Positions 60,419 through 64,000 of a DNA stretch of 64,000 nt are shown piece after piece. The notes under the pieces were generated by a model. That model was given only the letters and a program-made list of their open reading frames with translations, did no database searches and was not told where the DNA came from. The stretch's first letter is position 1; each line of letters starts with the position of its first letter. The DNA comes from Thermoproteota archaeon (lineage in GTDB: Archaea > Thermoproteota > Thermoprotei > Gearchaeales > Gearchaeaceae). The position numbers were made by a program, and so were the translations under genes. The stretch is from NCBI GenBank assembly GCA_032249235.1, contig JAVVGF010000001.1:192001-256000 (forward strand), given 5' to 3'.

Positions 60419-61813
60419 CTAGCTAGATAATATTCCGTCGACCAATTTGATCGCTTCACTAAAATCATAGTTTCTTTCAAGCTCTAATTTACTAGCTTCG
60501 ATAGATCCTTCTGCATGAGCCATTAGAGTAAGCATATAACCTACTAGATTGCTTGCCGCCAATTCCTTAACGAATTTTATAATTTTAATTCTTTCTTCCC
60601 CATCTATAGCACCTTTTAAGTATTTTTTGAAAATTTCTTTATTATCACTCTGTAAATCTTCTTCAGAAGGAAGAGTAGCTATTATTCCTCCTCCTATGTC
60701 TATTAGCGCTTTAACAGCTTCTGGAAACTTTGAGTTTGAATATAGCTTTGCAATATTCGTAAAGATAGGATTTGGTATAGCTATTTCTTCATCTAAAATT
60801 GGTTTTAAAGCAGCCGATAATGCTCCCATTCTCATTATTTCTTTGCACATTATGATCTCAAGTATGTCCTCTCTTACATGTTTCTCTTTTAGTATCCCAT
60901 TAGCTTCAGCCATTTTTATAGCAGCACCAAGATAAAGATTCAGAGTTGCAGCCCTGTAAGATATGGCGGTAAATCTATGAAAAGTAGCGAATAATACTGC
61001 AAGCTGTCCTGCGAAATCAAATTCTCTGAAAAGAAATACCCTCTCCCATGGCACAAAGACTTCATCAAAAACAGTTAATGTTTCAACTTCATAATCTTTT
61101 CTTGACAAAATCGCTGAAGAATTACCTTCTAACTCATCAACAGGCCTGGTATAAAGCTTTACTCCTTCTGCATTTACAGGTATCGCGAAAGAAATAGCAT
61201 AATCTCTATCTGCTTCTCTCATGGCTCTTGTAGGTAAAACAATTATTTCATTGGCTGCTATTGACTGCGTCGTGTGTGCTTTAGCTCCTCTCACAATTAT
61301 GCCATCGCTTTTTACATCAACAACTCTTAGATAAAGATCTGGATCTACTTGCTCTGAAGGCCTCTTAGATCTATCACCTTTAACATCTGTTTGGGCAAGC
61401 GCAATGGTTAAATCTTCTTTAACAACTTTTTGATAATATTTTTCAACTCTTTTATAATAATCTGTACCATATTTCCTATCAAGCTTCTTCGTGGTTATCA
61501 TTAAAGCAGACAGCGCATCGCTACCTATTGCTTGCGAAATATTAAAAATACCATTGCAATACATTGTAGAATCGTAAATTAATTCATGCCTTTCCAATAA
61601 ATCATATGTATTTCTTGGTATTTTGAAAAATTTACTAATTCTCCCGTATTTATTATCTTCATATAATCTATCTGCATAATCAAAAATCTTAGCTGCATGG
61701 TGTACAGCTATTTTTAACACTGGATGTTCGACCACGTTTTCAACTAATTTTCCTCTGTAATACACTTTTCTGCCGTCTACCAATGAATTAAGAAACTCTT
61801 CTTTGGACTTCAT
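60419..61813 (-). CDS. 4-hydroxybutyryl-CoA dehydratase / HpaB family protein, crenarchaeal type-2 (lacks Fe-S cysteines)
   Basis: AQTDVKGDRSKRP, G.IVRGAKAH.T, F..VFVPWERVF; CxxxC replaced by NISQA. Confidence 0.8.
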   Translation of the reverse strand: MKSKEEFLNSLVDGRKVYYRGKLVENVVEHPVLKIAVHHAAKIFDYADRLYEDNKYGRISKFFKIPRNTYDLLERHELIYDSTMYCNGIFNISQAIGSDALSALMITTKKLDRKYGTDYYKRVEKYYQKVVKEDLTIALAQTDVKGDRSKRPSEQVDPDLYLRVVDVKSDGIIVRGAKAHTTQSIAANEIIVLPTRAMREADRDYAISFAIPVNAEGVKLYTRPVDELEGNSSAILSRKDYEVETLTVFDEVFVPWERVFLFREFDFAGQLAVLFATFHRFTAISYRAATLNLYLGAAIKMAEANGILKEKHVREDILEIIMCKEIMRMGALSAALKPILDEEIAIPNPIFTNIAKLYSNSKFPEAVKALIDIGGGIIATLPSEEDLQSDNKEIFKKYLKGAIDGEERIKIIKFVKELAASNLVGYMLTLMAHAEGSIEASKLELERNYDFSEAIKLVDGILSS

Positions 61814-61910
61814 ATCATAAATTTAAATTAAAATATTTAAATTTAATGTTAGGAGGAGATTTATAGAGAGAATTGGAAAAGTAGATATGATAATAAATAA
61901 TAAATAGTAT

Positions 61911-62702
61911 ATGAAACAAATTCCTTCATTCAAATACTTAATTTTCAAACCAGAAAGAGATGGAAGAGTTGCATGGATAATTTTAAATAGACCAGAAAAG
62001 TTAAATGCATTAAATAGTTTAGCATGGAGAGAACTTAGGGAGGCGTTAAATTTAGCTAATCTTGATGAAAATGTCCAAGTCATTGTACTTACTGGAAGCG
62101 GTCGTGCATTTTGTGCCGGCGATGATATATCTGAGTTAGCCTCTTTACAAGATATTAATACTGCATGGAATCTATTTGTTAACGAGATACGCTTAACTTT
62201 TGAACAATTATCCAATATGAGCAAGCCATTAATCGCTGCAGTTAATGGTTATGCTTATGGTGGAGGTTGTGAGTTACTACTTTATTGTGACATTGTTATA
62301 GCTTCTGAAGAAGCAAAATTCGCACAACCAGAAATAAGGCTTGGAGCTTGGCCTCCAATCGCTGCATCCTTGGGACCATTTATATATGGATTAAGAAAAG
62401 CTGCTTATGCATTATTAACTGGTGAAGCCATCGATGCTAAAGAAGCAGAGAGAATAGGTCTTATTACAAAGGCTGTACCATCACAAAAATTATATGATGA
62501 AGTTAACCAGATATTAGATAAAATTTTATCAATGCCTCAAATAGCTATTCGCGTTATAAAACTCTCTTTAATGCAACATTTAAAGAGGTTTGATCCTGGA
62601 GTTCTCTGTAAGGATTTAGTACTACTTTCTCAAACTGAAGACTTTAAGGAAGGAGTCAGAGCTTTCCTCGAAAAAAGAACACCAAGATTTAAAGGAAAAT
62701 AA
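61911..62702 (+). CDS. Enoyl-CoA hydratase/isomerase (crotonase)
   Basis: LNRPEKLNAL, AFCAGDD, AAVNGYAYGGGCE, FAQPE. Confidence 0.9.
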   Translation: MKQIPSFKYLIFKPERDGRVAWIILNRPEKLNALNSLAWRELREALNLANLDENVQVIVLTGSGRAFCAGDDISELASLQDINTAWNLFVNEIRLTFEQLSNMSKPLIAAVNGYAYGGGCELLLYCDIVIASEEAKFAQPEIRLGAWPPIAASLGPFIYGLRKAAYALLTGEAIDAKEAERIGLITKAVPSQKLYDEVNQILDKILSMPQIAIRVIKLSLMQHLKRFDPGVLCKDLVLLSQTEDFKEGVRAFLEKRTPRFKGK

Positions 62703-62798
62703 AATATTATTCTTTTTTAAACTTTTTTAATTTAGGCTAGGTATAAATTTGCACAAATAAAAATCTTTACTTTATTTTCTTCAACTGCTTTTAATAAT

Positions 62799-64000
62799 TT
62801 AGAAACCCTGTAGATTTGTATATATATTTCTTAATTCTCTTCTCTTTATCTTTCCAGATTCTGTATGGGGCAACTCCTCAATAAAGAATATTTTTCGAGG
62901 ATAGAGATGTTTGCCAAGCCTGTTTCTTACGAATTCTCGAATATCTTTGGCTAGTTCTTCAGATGGCTCATAACCTGGAGCCAATTTTACAAATGCAGCA
63001 ATCGCTTGCCCTCTTAGCTCATCTGGAATTCCTATTACCGCAGCCTCCACAATAGCTTTATGTTGTATTAGAATGCTTTCAATTTCAAAAGGCCCTATTC
63101 TAATACCTGCAGACTTTATTACATCATCAGCTCTTCCGATAAACCAAAAATACCCATCTTCGTCAATTTTTGCTAAATCTCCAGTTCTTATCCAACCATT
63201 ATATATTATAGACTTTGTTGCATCTTCTCTTTTCCAATATCCTTTGAAATAAGTCATTTCATTAATTTTTACAATAATCTCTCCACTAGCATTTCTATAT
63301 TTTATTTCATTATTTTCTGTTAGCACAGCTATTTCGAAGCCTGGAATTGGTCTTCCTATCGAACCAACTTTCCATTCCATATCTAAAGCATGAAATGTGC
63401 ATAAATTCATGCCCGTTTCTGTTACACCATAATGGTCGTAAAGTCTTACATTAAACGTATCCTTGAACCAATTTATGACTGCAGGATTAAGCGGTTCACC
63501 TGCACTGCATGCACGCCTTAATACTAAGTTGTATGCTAAAATTTGATCTTTTAAAGCCATTAAACCTCGGTATGCTGTGGGAGTAGATGCAATGTTCGTT
63601 ATTCTGAATTTTTCCATAAGCTCCAGCCATTTCTTCGGATCATACCTTCCTTGATATACAAGAATTGTTTTACCAAGACTTAATGGCACAAAGCCAGTTG
63701 TTACCAAACCGTACATCCATCCAGGATCAGCAGTGCAGAAGAAGACATCGTCATCTTCTAACTTAACAGCATATATTACATAAGGCTGAATAGCTGCAAA
63801 AACCTTATTTGATAACATTGCTCCCTTCGGTTTGCCTGTTGTACCACTTGTATATTGTATAATGCAGACATCATCAAGTTGCATCTTTAAAGGTTCAAAT
63901 TTATCAGATTCTCTTCTTAAAACATCTTCTAAAATAACATCGTTTCTTTTAATTTTTTCTCCTTCAACATCTGATTTTACTATGACATACTTTAGTGTCG
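62799..64000 (-). CDS. Acyl-CoA synthetase (acetyl-CoA synthetase-like), 5'-truncated by window edge
   Basis: YTSGTTGKPKG, SAGEPLNP, YG.TETG, GRADDVIKSAG.RIGPFE.ES; frame stays open from 63884 to window end. Confidence 0.9.
   Translation of the reverse strand, partial: TLKYVIVKSDVEGEKIKRNDVILEDVLRRESDKFEPLKMQLDDVCIIQYTSGTTGKPKGAMLSNKVFAAIQPYVIYAVKLEDDDVFFCTADPGWMYGLVTTGFVPLSLGKTILVYQGRYDPKKWLELMEKFRITNIASTPTAYRGLMALKDQILAYNLVLRRACSAGEPLNPAVINWFKDTFNVRLYDHYGVTETGMNLCTFHALDMEWKVGSIGRPIPGFEIAVLTENNEIKYRNASGEIIVKINEMTYFKGYWKREDATKSIIYNGWIRTGDLAKIDEDGYFWFIGRADDVIKSAGIRIGPFEIESILIQHKAIVEAAVIGIPDELRGQAIAAFVKLAPGYEPSEELAKDIREFVRNRLGKHLYPRKIFFIEELPHTESGKIKRRELRNIYTNLQGF

Noticed and set aside
60419-61813. 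Marker of 3HP/4HB or DC/4HB autotrophy
   Set aside because: Fe-S cysteines missing (type-2 homologue) and the context is catabolic
47656-64000. Integrated element at tRNA-Pro
   Set aside because: No integrase and no duplicated tRNA 3' end seen within the window
1-64000. CRISPR array, rRNA, transposases
   Set aside because: No regularly spaced direct repeats, long GC-rich RNA genes or transposase ORFs seen

Overview
AT-rich archaeal DNA, most likely Thermoproteota/TACK (intron-containing tRNA-Pro with a canonical bulge-helix-bulge motif, GDGT-ring-synthase-like radical SAM, Thermoplasma/Sulfolobus-type ferredoxin, crenarchaeal type-2 4-hydroxybutyryl-CoA dehydratase homologue). Blocks: (1) 1-4028, end of a peptide ABC transporter operon. 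(2) 4032-27754, a lipid/envelope locus: three geranylgeranyl-reductase-family flavoproteins, three giant membrane-anchored proteins built of 8-9 tandem LEA_2/WHy-like beta-sandwich repeats, two tiny paralogous proteins resembling half a repeat (one missed by the ORF track), a LolA-like secreted protein, surface proteins and a GrsB-like radical SAM enzyme. This is the best candidate for an undescribed system (possible lipid-handling/transfer machinery). (3) 28864-34087, a seven-gene CstA / dual ArsA-Get3 ATPase operon with two paralogous small partner proteins, one ATPase carrying a natural catalytic Asp-to-Asn change, and an in-frame stop in cstA. (4) 34077-48653, housekeeping and hydrolase genes, a probably zinc-less Zfx ferredoxin and tRNA-Pro(GGG). 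(5) 48766-49430, a decayed HEPN-MNT toxin-antitoxin pair. (6) 49450-64000, an acyl-CoA/2-oxoacid catabolic cluster. All family calls are from motif recognition by eye; no searches were run.
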